Below, piece after piece: positions 29,217 through 45,180 of a stretch of DNA of 64,000 bases; the stretch's first letter is position 1; each line of letters starts with the position of its first letter. Position numbers and translations under genes: made by a program. Origin of the DNA: the human T2T-CHM13v2.0 reference genome, Homo sapiens; assembly GCF_009914755.1 (NCBI RefSeq), contig NC_060933.1; one strand, 5' to 3'. The notes beneath the pieces are model-generated. The model worked only from the letters and a program-made list of their open reading frames with translations, did not search any database and was not told the DNA's origin.

Positions 29217-29789
29217 TTAAGAAATTAGTTTTAAACATAAAGACGGGCTCTAAGACATGATAAGGTAATTTCAATAAGATTATATCAAATCATACTTTAA
29301 GATGATTAAAAATATTACAGTACTACCCAAGTTACTAAAGAATAAGAATAGTGTAATGCACTCTTCACATTACTGTCTTTGTTAATTCTGTTTTTCTAAC
29401 AGCAAATGAAAGAGCACAAATTTTGCTAAGTCAAGCATTCCATTTACAGTACAGTTCTTTTTAAAATGTGCTTGATAACAAAGTGTTAAATACCGAATAT
29501 CTTACTTTTTTGTTATGAAGAAAGGAATGGTCAAGCATGAGATTTATGTAAGATCATTTGTACGCAAAAAGAAACTGCAATAGATGCTTGTTTCTCTCAA
29601 CCCTTATGTATCAATAGTTTGGCAAAATTCCGTTGAAATTTCTTGTCATAAAATAAGTCAGTGGACTTACCACTTGAGAATAGATATTTGCTTGTATATA
29701 TAATACTACCATTATTAATAGAGTTCAAGTATTCCAAATGTAGGGATTTTTGAATCTTATATTAAATGGACATTACCAATTACTAATTA

Positions 29790-29987
29790 TTACATTCCAA
29801 AGTTCCCAAGCTGAACACTCATTCTGCTCAAAACACAACGAAATGTTGCAGGTTGCATTTCCCAGTATTTCACCGGGTTGTTGAATAAACTTATTGCACT
29901 GTATAAAGATTTCTTCATCTTTGGCACTGTTGGACAGAAGTCATTTACTCCCACTCTTGCAATTGAATTAGAATGAAGGAAGATTAT
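29790..29987 (-). CDS. ASPN: ASPN exon 8 coding part with stop codon (missing from the ORF track)
   Basis: ctacaacAG|[71 protein letters not shown]; decorin/biglycan-like C terminus; 198 nt. Confidence 0.97.
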   Translation of the reverse strand: MIFLHSNSIARVGVNDFCPTVPKMKKSLYSAISLFNNPVKYWEMQPATFRCVLSRMSVQLGNFGM

Positions 29988-30249
29988 CTGTTGTAGTAGG
30001 AAAAAAGAAAGGATTAAAAATACCCAGTAAATGTAAACGGAAGATACTCTGTAGTCGCCATTTGTTTGTGGGTTTATTCATCTGTTTATTTTACATTGGC
30101 TTGAATGTATTTTCAGGTAAAGTAGATGTACTCACTTATGCATGTTAAATACCTATTATAAAAACTCAAGCTCATGTGTTGTACACAAAAGTGTTGGGGA
30201 AGGACTCCCGCCAGGGCCCAGAGCATACTGCCTGGTCACATGGGTCGCT

Positions 30250-30390
30250 GTCTCTCTCTCTCTCCAGATAGATAGATAGATACATACATACGTACATACA
30301 TACATATATACATAAATACATACATGCGTAATGTTTACTTTTATAAACATACATATTTTTAAATATACATATTTATGTGTATATATATGG
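30250..30390. repeat. Compound microsatellite (TC)n(AGAT)n(ACAT)n/(TA)n in ASPN intron 7
   Basis: Seen directly. Confidence 0.9.
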
Positions 30391-32133
30391 TTACTTCAGT
30401 GCCATATTTACAATAATGCATTTAAAACATTAGAAATGATCAGAAGAATGAAATTTAATGCTCTAAGAATTAGGCTCACAATTTGATTGTGAAGAATTAT
30501 TAGCTAGCATTTTCTGTGACCAAAGGAGAATTTTTCTAAGTTGTTTTGTAGAAAGATCTATCAACATCCTAAATGCAGAATTGTAATATAGCATCAATAA
30601 TTGAAATCACTTGATCTTATGTACACCAGTGGACAAGTCACAATTTTACAGGCCGTGTACATGTCTTTTTAAATTAAATTCTTACTCAAAAAGTATGGTA
30701 AATAGAGGAACTTTCCCTCATTCCCTTTAACAGCCCTTCTAATTTCTTCTTTGGCCTTTTTTGGTAACAGTGAGATTTCTGGGAAATAAAAGCAATCTAC
30801 TTAACTGACAGCATTTTTGTGTACTGAAGAGCAGAAGTCTTTTGCTGGCCAACGTGGGATATCCTCCCTGGCTGTTGTTACCTCTAGATTCTGCCTTTAT
30901 GTCTTAGTAAGACTGATATGAGACCAATCATGAAAATTCTAGGCATTGCTAAAACATTTAAGTTTGGTGTTCAGTCCCCCAGCTGCTCAATATAAGTGCA
31001 AGGTATAGTTTACCATAGTACTGATCTCACTGGGAATGAAAACCTGCTGGACATCAGTGTGTTTACTTTGTGGACATTCATTGAAATATATGCTTATGAC
31101 ATGTGTTCTTCTGTTTGTGTTATAATTCTATTCATTTAATTAATGCTAGCAAGAGTATAGGTAGATTTAAGAGAGACCAGAAGCTGGAAGCAGAGTTGTG
31201 GAGCAAATTAAGCAGAAATGACATCAGGAATGGGGCAGCTTGAGAGAGGACGGACTCAAGTTGTAGTCACTGGCTAAACAGACATCCAAATGCAGCATTT
31301 GGAAAAGTCAAAGCAAAAGTTGTGATCTTGAGATTAGCACCTGCCTATATTACATTCATTTTGATGGTTTGTATCTCAAAGGAGTACAGTGAACGAAACT
31401 TGTTTAAAGATACACCGGAAAGAAAAAGAGAAGAGGCAGAGTGGCTTGTTGCCCAGTTTTGTTCTCAAGCTCCTTGGAAGATGAAAACTTTTGTTCTTGG
31501 GAAGATCTAAATCTTTATTAGATTCTCCAAGGAATCTGTGGCCCCTTCCAGCCAGTTAAGAGTTGTCAAATAGAAGGAAAAGATTTCTAATAATGAATAA
31601 AAACAAACAACAAAATGGGAACTCATGATGCTCCAGATGGTGACTTTAAATTGGTTATATACTGTATTCTGGTTGGAATGTTTAAAAAAAAATATACATG
31701 TCTATCCTAGCACCACACTGAAAGCGAAAATACCAGGAGCCTAATCCTCTTGCTCTGCCTTGAGAAATGTTTCCAGATCAAAAGGACACGTGACACTGCT
31801 CCATGTCCTCCTGACCAGTCCTGCCTCTGCGTAGCCACCCCTGCCCTAAAATCTGAAATTAACTGTGCCAGCGGCTTTGCCGCAATGTCCTCAGCAGTTT
31901 CAACAGGAGAAACCAAAAGATGGAAATGGATCCTGAGCTTTCTTGTGACGTCGATGTAGAAACCATTCTCCTAAAGCTCTCCTACTTCTTAAAACACCTC
32001 ATGCAACCTGGAGAGTCATTATGTTTGAATCACCCTTGCTGCTTACTTGGTCTTTGCTTGAGGTGTGCTAAAGTGTGTTATAAAAACTGAAGAAAAATAC
32101 CAATATCTACTGAACACAAGTAGAATGTTTTAC

Positions 32134-32272
32134 CTGGAGGTATTTCAACTCTGGTAATCCTGAAGGGATTTTTTTTAGTTTATTGTTTTCCAAATGTATT
32201 TCTCTCACACGTGGTATGTTAGCAAGACTCCCATTTTCGATATCTGTGATTTTGTTGTTTCCTAGGCCCAGC
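32134..32272 (-). CDS. ASPN: ASPN exon 7
   Basis: atttttAG|(R)[46 protein letters not shown]|GTAAAA; 139 nt; contains the NGS sequon. Confidence 0.97.
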
Positions 32273-32975
32273 CTAAAAATGATATAAAATGCATCAAGTC
32301 TTACACAGATGGTTAGGTGTGATAGAGTTAGCTGAAAACACCGCAAACTAGTTAGAATATAAGCCTGTCCTATTTATATATATGTTCAAAGATATTTCAT
32401 TACTTTATTTAATAACCTACTTCAGTATGTAACAACTATCTTCCAGTTTTGTCAGAAAATTCTTTGACCTAAATTTAACAAAAGGGAAATTTGAAAAGTC
32501 ATTTTCTTCTTTTCACTTGATTCGCCCCTATCAGCAGAGGTGGTAATAACGGTGGTTCTTTTTTTTTTTTTTTTTTTTTTAAGATGGAGTCTCGCTCTGT
32601 TGCCCATGCCCAGGCTGGAGTGCAGTGGCACAGTCTTGGCTCACTGCAACCTCAGCCTCCCGAGTAGCTGGGATTACAGGCGCCCTCCACCATGCCTGGC
32701 TAATTTTCGTATTTTTTAGTAGAGATGGGGTTTTACCATGTTAGCCAGACTGGTCTCGAACTCCTGACCTCGGGATCTGCCCGCCTTGGCCTCCCAAAGT
32801 GCTGGGATTACAGGCGTGAGCCACCACACCCGGCCAATTGTGGTTCTTTCTAGTTTTCCCTTCACACTCTCCAGTTCCAACAGCAACTGGCTAAACAGAC
32901 AGTGATCTCTACCAGGGTCCCTGTGCACATTCTCCAGGAGGTATCATTCTAAGTTAAAATTTTGGGAACGTTTAC

Positions 32976-33069
32976 CTTTGTAGTTCTTTGTATCGTTTAA
33001 AATCCTCAAGTTCCACTGTTGAAATTTTATTATAATCTAAGTGAAGCTCCAATAAAGTTGGTGGTAAGC
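32976..33069 (-). CDS. ASPN: ASPN exon 6 (missing from the ORF track)
   Basis: cttcttattAG|(G)LPPTLLELHLDYNKISTVELEDFKRYKELQ+AG|GTAAAC; 94 nt. Confidence 0.97.
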
Positions 33070-33489
33070 CTAATAAGAAGAGAAATATATATGTTAAGTC
33101 AAGTATCACTAAGCCCAATTGACTATTTGTTTACTTTTCAAGTTTCAGATTATGGATTTAGGCAACTTTTTAGGCACTAACTCTTTTTTTTCTTTGAGAC
33201 AGAGTTTCACTCTTGTTGCCCAGACTGGAGTGCAGTGCCGTGATATCAGCTTACTGCAACCTCCATCTCCTGGGTTCAAGCAGTTCTTCGGCCTCAGCCT
33301 CCTGAGTAGCTGAGATAACAGGTATGCACCACCATACCTGGCTAATTTTTTGTACTTTTTAGTAGAGATGGGGTTTCACCATGTTGGCCAGGTTGGTTTC
33401 AAACTTCTGACCTCAGGTGATCCACCCCCCTCGGCCTCCTAAAGTGCTGAGATTACAGGCGTGAGCCACCACACCCAGCCTGGTACCTA

Positions 33490-34792
<1,303 letters not shown>

Positions 34793-37420
34793 TAGCAGTA
34801 GTTTTTGTGTAAGCTAAGTGTATCTGTAGTACCCCCGCACATGGCAGGTGCCCAGTGAATAATCGTTCTTTCTCTTCTCAACGGGGCATATCCTGACCCC
34901 CACTCTCCCCAAATGAACTGAAGCTGGAATGAAAGGGACTGACCAGAAGATTCCATCAAACCTCATTTTGTTAGCCCTATATACAAAGTATTATTTGTCA
35001 ACCCAAGTATCTGGTTAGCTAGCTGGAAAATGCTCTCCTTTTTTCAAGTCTTGATGAAATATTTCCCTTCTATATTAGCAATAAAGACGGATGAAGATAA
35101 TTGAAACATCTTTATGAATAGCAATAATAGTTTCCATGACTGAATTTATTTTGATAACAGAATCTATTTTGAATTTTAAAATAAATAAACTAGGGAGCAG
35201 AAAAATAATTCTTCTAAACTGAGAAGGTTCTAATTTCTTGAATTTTGATTAATTGAGCTTAATTGTATTTATGGAATGATTATGTGGACCCTCCAGTATG
35301 TAAGGTAAAGGTTCTGTCCTCAAAGACATTATTTGCTAATTTAGAGCAGATCCATCATACATACAAAAATCACTAGAAAAATAGCTGGTGCAACGTGCCA
35401 GCGAATCTAGAATAGGTTGTACAAAGTTGGAAGAGAATAATCTCTGGGAGAGGACTTGTAGAAGTTGAGGGAACTGTTGTGTCCCTTAGGAAATGGGGAA
35501 GGTGGGTAACCAGAGAGAAGATTGAAGTGTAGCCTCTAGGATAAAACGAGCAGAGGTGTGAATTTGGCAGAAGCTCAGTAACTGCTGACAAATGTTAGCA
35601 CACTTTTGTACCGGAATTTCTGTTCCCACCCTGTCTTCAAACAGGTCTCCCCTCTTCCCCACATAATATTATGCAGTAGAACTTCCTGAACGAATAGGAA
35701 AGAAGACATTTTCATCCTGTCCACATGATAACTTGTTGGGTCTGGTAAGGACCCTCAGGATACCTGCATCCTTTCATCTTGCCACAGGGGGTAATACTGA
35801 CTGGATTATGCCATGCAGGCAGTCAGCTTTCACAGGTTAGTGAATTCTGAATGTCAAGGGGATTTGAAGGAATAGTTATTTAAGTTGAGAGATTTGATTC
35901 CAATTTAAATTTCTAAAGATTCCTTTTGGCTTTGAAAGAATCTTGAAAACTCATGAGAAGTTAAACCTTTACTTTTAAGATACACTTTGAAATTTAAATA
36001 GAATTTTGCAGTGTAGGAAAGACTTTTGGTGTGAACATAAAGAATGGCCATGTCAGGAGATGTGGCCTGGAACAGCAGCTCCCTCCTCCAGCCCTGTAGG
36101 CTGTCCTCCTCTCCTCCCTCTACCTTCCTCTTTTCCTTGTCTTCACTCTCCTTTACTGGATGTTATCTTCCAGCAGATGAAAGGGATTTTATATGTTTAA
36201 CTTATTGGGTAGCATTTGCATTTTTTGTTGTTTTTCTAAAATGGGAAGGTAAATGTAACATTTTTGGTTTCTTGTAGAAAAACATCCACCTCCTTTAAAG
36301 CTACACTGAGGTGTTTTTTTGGATTTGTATAGTTCTGAATTAAACTGTTGTTTTCCTGGATAGAAAAGTTATTTTTCCTCTTTTACTTTAGATGATCTTT
36401 AGGTGACCTAAGTGAAAGGTCACCTCTTGATTAATAATAACAGCTTTACTGTGTCTTTTAAATTATCTGTATATGTTTGTTTTATTGATCTTCTGGATCA
36501 GGTGAGTAGATTAGAGGGGGTCGTGATGAAGTTGCTGCTTTAACTCATGGATACTGAAAGACGGAGCTGTTGGAAAGTAAAAATATGTTGTTAATCATAG
36601 GGGTTATTTTTGGCCCAGTTAGTCATCAAAGCAAAGAGAGCATGTGCCCTTGTTGGGAATAAGGAAAGCAAGACTTTGAGCAAGAGTTCCAAGAAAGGCA
36701 ATCCTATGCAGCTAATCATCAGACAGGGAGCTTGGAAGTAATGGGTTAGAACACTGGTCATCTGGCAGACTTAAGGAGCATTCTACTTGAGGTGCTAGCC
36801 TTGGGTCACACAAAGCCATGATAAAGAGCACAGTGCTCATCTTGGTAATGATTATGTCACAGGTGGTCACTTCCTACGTGCTGGATGTTGTCCTCAGACC
36901 TTTCTGTGTATTGGCCCATTAGTCTTCACAGTACACCTGGGAAGAAGCTGGGTACAAAATGCCTTGCCTTGAATGGCATGTCCATTCCTGCCAGAGCCAG
37001 GGGCTGCCCAGTCTGGGCTCATAGGCTTCACCTCAAACTGTGGCTAAATGCCTGGGGACAGGGTCTCTTGCCCCATCTATCTTTCTCTGCTTTCTTCTGT
37101 ATAGAATTCTCTACCTCTAACAGGTACTGCACAGAATGACAGGTATAAATGAGTAAATGTCAGGAAAGAGAAGGAAAACTAAAAGTTCATTGCTTCTTAA
37201 TGTTTATTCTTAGTGGAGTAAAAAAAATTGTGGCTTAATTCTGTCAGGAAAAAGGCACTACATATGGCATTTTATGTGTGTGTAGACTATATTGACCAGA
37301 TTTACTGGTGCAAAGATTTCTAGTTGCAGTGTATACTGCACAGTTTACAATATTAGATTGAATCGTTATTGAAAGGTGACAACTTTAAAATACCATATCT
37401 TAGATAAAGTAAATACAAAC

Positions 37421-37531
37421 CTTTAGGAACTGAGGTCAGTTTTGCTTCTGCAATTCTGATATGGAACACCGTCACCCCTTCAAATGCCCCTGGCTCTATC
37501 CCATTATTATCAAGAGGGTTTGCACTCATTT
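37421..37531 (-). CDS. ASPN: ASPN exon 5
   Basis: ctcccctgacAG|(E)MSANPLDNNGIEPGAFEGVTVFHIRIAEAKLTSVPK+G|GTTTGT; 111 nt, phase 1-1. Confidence 0.96.
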
Positions 37532-38232
37532 CTGTCAGGGGAGAATGACATGACTTAGCACACATAGGTTGTATATAAAGGAAACTCACAGTGCAGAGAG
37601 ACACATCCCAAGAATGAATATCCCAAGAAGCGTGAGCTTCATCCTTTAGGCTCATTTTCACTCGGTATATCTGCTTCTGTCTATCTACTGTCCTTTCTGT
37701 CAGCATCAGAAAAATACGGCTTTGTATTATGTAAACTGGAATATATGAGAAGTTCACTATTTTTCACTTTGAATTACCATATCAGTGACATTTTCACTCT
37801 CCTCCAACCATGAGCACAATTAAGGTTTTGTTATTGTAATAGTGCATCAAAAAAGATCATCCTTCATATAATCCAAAATGTTTATGTTTTTCTGTGTACA
37901 TTTTTGTGTCTTAAACTTTTTTTAAATTGTAAGTCAATTAGAAATTGTTGTTTTGTTAGCAGAAATATAACCTTGAAGAAATGCCAGTAAGTGAGGCCAG
38001 GCACTTGGTTGAATTAAATGAATAAATGAATTAGTATCTTGGTTATGAATTTTGAATGGATATTATAGGGAGATGGCATGGTTATATGATAGGTGTCAGA
38101 AATAAAATCAGGTAGAGTTTTAAATATAAGACAAAAAATTCCTCACATCGATAATCTTAAAGCAGATAACCAAATGTTAGGTGCACATTCCAAATAATAT
38201 CCAAACTAATTTTGTGTATTATATTTGAGTAG

Positions 38233-38634
<402 letters not shown>

Positions 38635-38859
38635 TCAAAGGAGGTTCTTCAGGGAGAGAGAGACAGTATTACGAAGATCATATTTTCTTTAAGTGCTAAA
38701 CATTTTGTTGGACATTTTAATTGGTTTATAAATGGCTTATCTAGGCAAAGATTATTCAAAAATTAATTTTGGAAATTATTCTTAATAGTGACGATAAAGT
38801 GTTCTACATCTGCTTGTTTGTTATAATTTCAAGATGTCCCATTCATTTGAAAAACTTAC

Positions 38860-39073
38860 CCAAAACGTGTAAAGCATTCATTCCTTTGAATGTGTCCTTT
38901 TGTATTTTCTTAACTTTATTTTCATGAATTCTGAGTTCTGCTAATGATTTGGGAAGATTAAGTGGTATTTCACTTAGTTGATTGTGGGACAGATACAGCC
39001 TTCGCAACTTCTTTGTGGTTAGAAAGGCTTTTGGGTGAATCTTCGTTAGCTTGTTGTTGTTCAGGATCAGACC
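38860..39073 (-). CDS. ASPN: ASPN exon 4
   Basis: caAG|GLILNNNKLTKIHPKAF...FKGMNALHVL+G|GTAAGT; 214 nt; lies inside track ORF 38843..39148. Confidence 0.97.
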
Positions 39074-42000
39074 CTTGATCAAGCATAGAAAGTTACACAA
39101 TATTAGGAAGTGGATTTGATTTACCAGTATTCTACAGTGATTAGCCAATGATGGAAATCAGTACAATTTATATCAGTGGTGTACTAGATCACCCATGTAA
39201 AAACTTTCCCAGCCCAATCTAAGCTTTTAAAAAAATTTTACTACTGAGTTAGAAAAGTGCAGAGCTATAATAATTAATGTTGTGCCATTGGTTTAGATAG
39301 AAGTGCATCTTTTTAATCTTTGAATAGATAATACTTTCATATGGCTAAGCCTTCAACCTCTACTCAGCCTCCTATTTCCCTTCAGGGAAGTGACCAGTGA
39401 TATTATCTTTATCTTATCTTAAAATCTATTTACTCTACAAAACTATGTTTAGTGCACACCAAATATACTTTTGCATGATTTTGTCTACTTTGAAAACCTC
39501 ATTTCTTTCATATTTACTAATGTTTACCATTTCTCCCAGAACAGAGGCCTGTAAGGAAAAAAATCCTACCATGTGCCCTCAGCATTCTGGCATATTTTAG
39601 ATATTGGGGATATAGTAATGGATCCTGAGAAATGACTCAATCTCTTATCAGTTTTTTGGGTATTTCTCAGGGCAATAAGACAGCATCCTCCAGAGGAGGT
39701 CTAATAACTCCAGAGAGTAAAAAGAGCTCGTACCAGTGTGAGTGTGCTCTCTGCACAAGTCTTTTGCAACATGTCCAAGGGTGCATGGCTGCTTGGGTGA
39801 CCAGCCATCTCAGTCTGCCCAGATCATGAGATTATGGGATGTGGGGATTTCAGAACCCAAACTGGGAATGTCCTAGGCAAACTGGGACATGTTGGTAACT
39901 CTGATAAGGATTTTCATTGCAAAATGAGCATAGCTCAGTTCTTTACTCTTTGCCAGATTGTTCAAAGAGAATTTCTGTGTTTACCAAGAATGATGACAGG
40001 CCACTAAGCGTCTTCAGGACCTTTTTGTCCCTCTTTACCAATCCAGGTCATCTGATTTTCTCAAGGAGCAGCTCTAGATTCATTCATTTTATGATTTTGT
40101 TCTCAAATTCATTTCACAAAAATCTCCCTTTGTTTAATATGCCTCACTGGTATTACTCATATTGTTGTTGTTTTTCCATGGCAGAAATACACATTTTGGT
40201 TGCTCAGTAAACTTGTATCTGCACGTTTCCTCATCTCACTCTTGGCCCTTTGTGCTTTCCTTTTCTCACCCTCTGGAAATTCCAGATATATCACTATTGC
40301 TAAAAGTTTCACCAAGAAAGGGTAAGCCTAGGAGAAGAGGTGAAACTACATTTTGTTACCAACTGGTAAAATATCCTCGTTTGTGAGTGTGTGATGCCAA
40401 CTAAAAGTATCTTCTCTTTTCCTTTGGTTACACTGAAAAATGAGGTGAGGGGAATTTAACAACTTGGTGGATCATCAAGATGGTTTGTGAATCCTCTCTT
40501 GATTCCAAGAGGTAAATTTAGCAGGAATTATTACTCTCCTTTTAGTGATGAGGAAATGCGTAAAGTGAAGAAAGGTGACTTGCCTATGCCATGCAACAAG
40601 TGAGGGTTAGAGAGGCCCCACCACAAAGTGAACCTGTGCGTCAGTGAGATCCAAGTCTAGTGCACTGGGCTTTTATTAGTTTGTTTTTCCTAATTAAAAC
40701 ATGCAGTTGTTGGAACTGCATAAAAGGAAGGAAAAGTAATACAAAACTGTGTAAGAGGTTTTGTGCAGCACTGGTAAGAGCCGCGCCACATGGTGGACTG
40801 CCTGCCCTGCATGGTGAGCTGGCTGAGTGATCCAGTTAAACTGCACTCTCAGTGCTGGCTTGATTATCACAGAGCTTCCAATTCATCATTAACAAACAGT
40901 GTAAGGACAGAAGATGAGAAGAGCATAGCCATTCAGTAGTAGGACAGTGATTCATGCCACATGTGTCTCATAATGGCTGGAAGTGAGCTGGGAGGGCTGT
41001 GATTGTGTTCAGTGATTTTGCTCTGACTGTATCATCCTTTGTGTAAGAACCCAAGTGCCAAACAAGCAGCTAAAACTTAACACAGAGAATTTGTAGAATG
41101 TCTAAAAAATAGTTTGATTCTCTTAAAAGACAGGTACCATATAAGGTGATACTATAATTATATAAATGTTTTGTAATTGTGTGGTATACCTACAATTCAA
41201 GTATAAAGCATGTACTTTAAAAAGTGATTTACATCAGTACACCTGGTCAGTCTGCTAATAGTAGCTTGGCAGTAATACTACTTAACAGCTGGGGGCTTTC
41301 CCTCCATTGCTCTACACCTGACATGCATTTCTCAAAGGAAATCAAGTAGGTCTAAGAAAGCTCCTGATACCATTTAGTTTCTCATTTCCCTGTGAATAAC
41401 AAGAATAAGTATGGACTAAGTCCCTGGAATGCTCCTAAAATGTAATAAAATAATGATATGATGAATTTAAAACTTTCATAGCCCCAGTATTAAATATGCC
41501 ATTAGTTATTATTCTTGTGGTTATCTAAGCTGAAAAGGGGTTGAAGAAGTGGTAAACGCATCAACAGGCTATATTTCCAACTTCTGTTGGTGGAATAATG
41601 GCCTGCCATTCTCCAAAAGATTCTGTGGCCTAAAGTTAGTGGGGTGGACTGGGTGGATCCTCGGTGGAATCCATTGTGTCATTTCTGACTGTCTTAATGT
41701 TTTAGTGAGACCTAACTTATAAATATATGCTCTTCTAGTTGCTCTTTTATATTGATAATGGAGGCTTACCAGATCTGAGCTGCCTGCACACTTTGAAAGT
41801 GAAAAGAGCAGACAAGGTGCTGGCTACCTGACCGGGCAGTGTGAGAGCTGGATTTTGTAGGGAGGCTTGATGCAAGGATTGAGCATCCCTCAGTCTGCCT
41901 TAAGTATGATCAGCATGCATGTCCTCAATCCCAGGGTGACAGGGAGGAAGAGATGGGCCAGCAGGGTCCACTGCACTGACCCAGGGTGACAGGGAGGCAT

Positions 42001-42229
42001 GGTGACCCCACATCTCTCAGACACAGGAACAGGCCAGGCCTGCATGGTAGCAAGGGGCTAATATTGTTATGGTATTTTCTACCCTGTTCTCTTAGTTTTA
42101 TCTTATCTAGAGATGACAGACTTTAAATTTGTTTTCTCCAGCACAGCCTGAGAGTGTGGGGAAATGGCCTGGAATAGCCAGGCCTGGCTTACCACCTCAG
42201 ATGATACAGAACCAGAGCTCTTCCTCTAA

Positions 42230-42661
<432 letters not shown>

Positions 42662-43170
42662 TAAATCCTAGAATATTAAAATGATACTAATACAGTAAAG
42701 AAAAAATTCTTTTCTTCTTTAAAGATCCAATAAATAAGCCATACATGTATATATTAATCAATCAGATATATTCTGTGTGCTGCTGTTAGAGATTTGTGGT
42801 GTCTTAACACGTTTGGGTAGAGATTTCTTACACTGTTTGCTAATGATTGCTGTAAGTAATTGTTTTCTTGTTCATTTTAATGTATAGTGACTGTTACTAC
42901 CTGAATAGATTGTAAGCTTATTTGAGGACCATTAAACTCAGCCCACTACATTTTACATGGCTATTATTTAATAAACATCCATTGAATTAGACTATTAATT
43001 GAATGAAATCTATAATTTTTAATTGACTAGAACGCTGTTGAATGCAGGGATTTTTGTCATTCTTTACAGAAAAGTAAGACTTGTTTATACTAACATAGTA
43101 TAATTAATCATTATAGCAAAGATACAGAGTTTTCACTTAAATCTTTGAAAGTATGAGGATATATTCTTAC

Positions 43171-43283
43171 ATAAAGTGAAGTGAGTCCTTTAAAATCATT
43201 TTCTTTGATTTCCTTAATTTTATTGTTTTGAAGATCAAGCATTCGAGTATCAAATGGAATGTTGGTTGGGACTGAGGTCAAAC
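43171..43283 (-). CDS. ASPN: ASPN exon 3 (missing from the ORF track)
   Basis: ttctttctaAG|GT TTG ACC gives (G)LTSVPTNIPFDTRMLDLQNNKIKEIKENDFKGLTSLY|GTAAGA; 113 nt; LRR consensus. Confidence 0.97.
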
Positions 43284-43578
43284 CTTAGAAAGAAACAAAC
43301 ATATTATATAATAGAGAATCATGCTGAAGATGAGATTACTAATATGGTAGAAATATACATTTTTTAAAACCCATGATTATCATCAAGTTACAGATGACTT
43401 AACAGTCATAACAGATGACAAAAAAAACATTGTTTTGGGGGAAGACCTCAGGACCTTTTTGAGTAACTTATTAATTTTTACAAGGTGTCTAGATTGGTAT
43501 AGTTGTCACTACTCATCCCCTCTAAGGTGGAATAAAAGGAGATAAATTGGAGCGGCCTTAGTGGCTGTGAGAAGGTGA

Positions 43579-45180
<1,602 letters not shown>

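Larger units (their letters stand above)
28690..29789 (-). other. ASPN: ASPN 3' UTR (~1.1 kb, AU-rich)
   Basis: Apparently repeat-free sequence between the stop codon and the distal AATAAA, followed by GU/U-rich sequence. Confidence 0.8.

Noticed and set aside
37353-37757. 134-aa ORF (also 38843-39148 and 32107-32346) as standalone genes
   Set aside because: Open frames extending ASPN exons into introns; splice sites define the true bounds.
41930-41997. Repeat-spacer-repeat resembling CRISPR
   Set aside because: Only two copies, human DNA, no cas genes.
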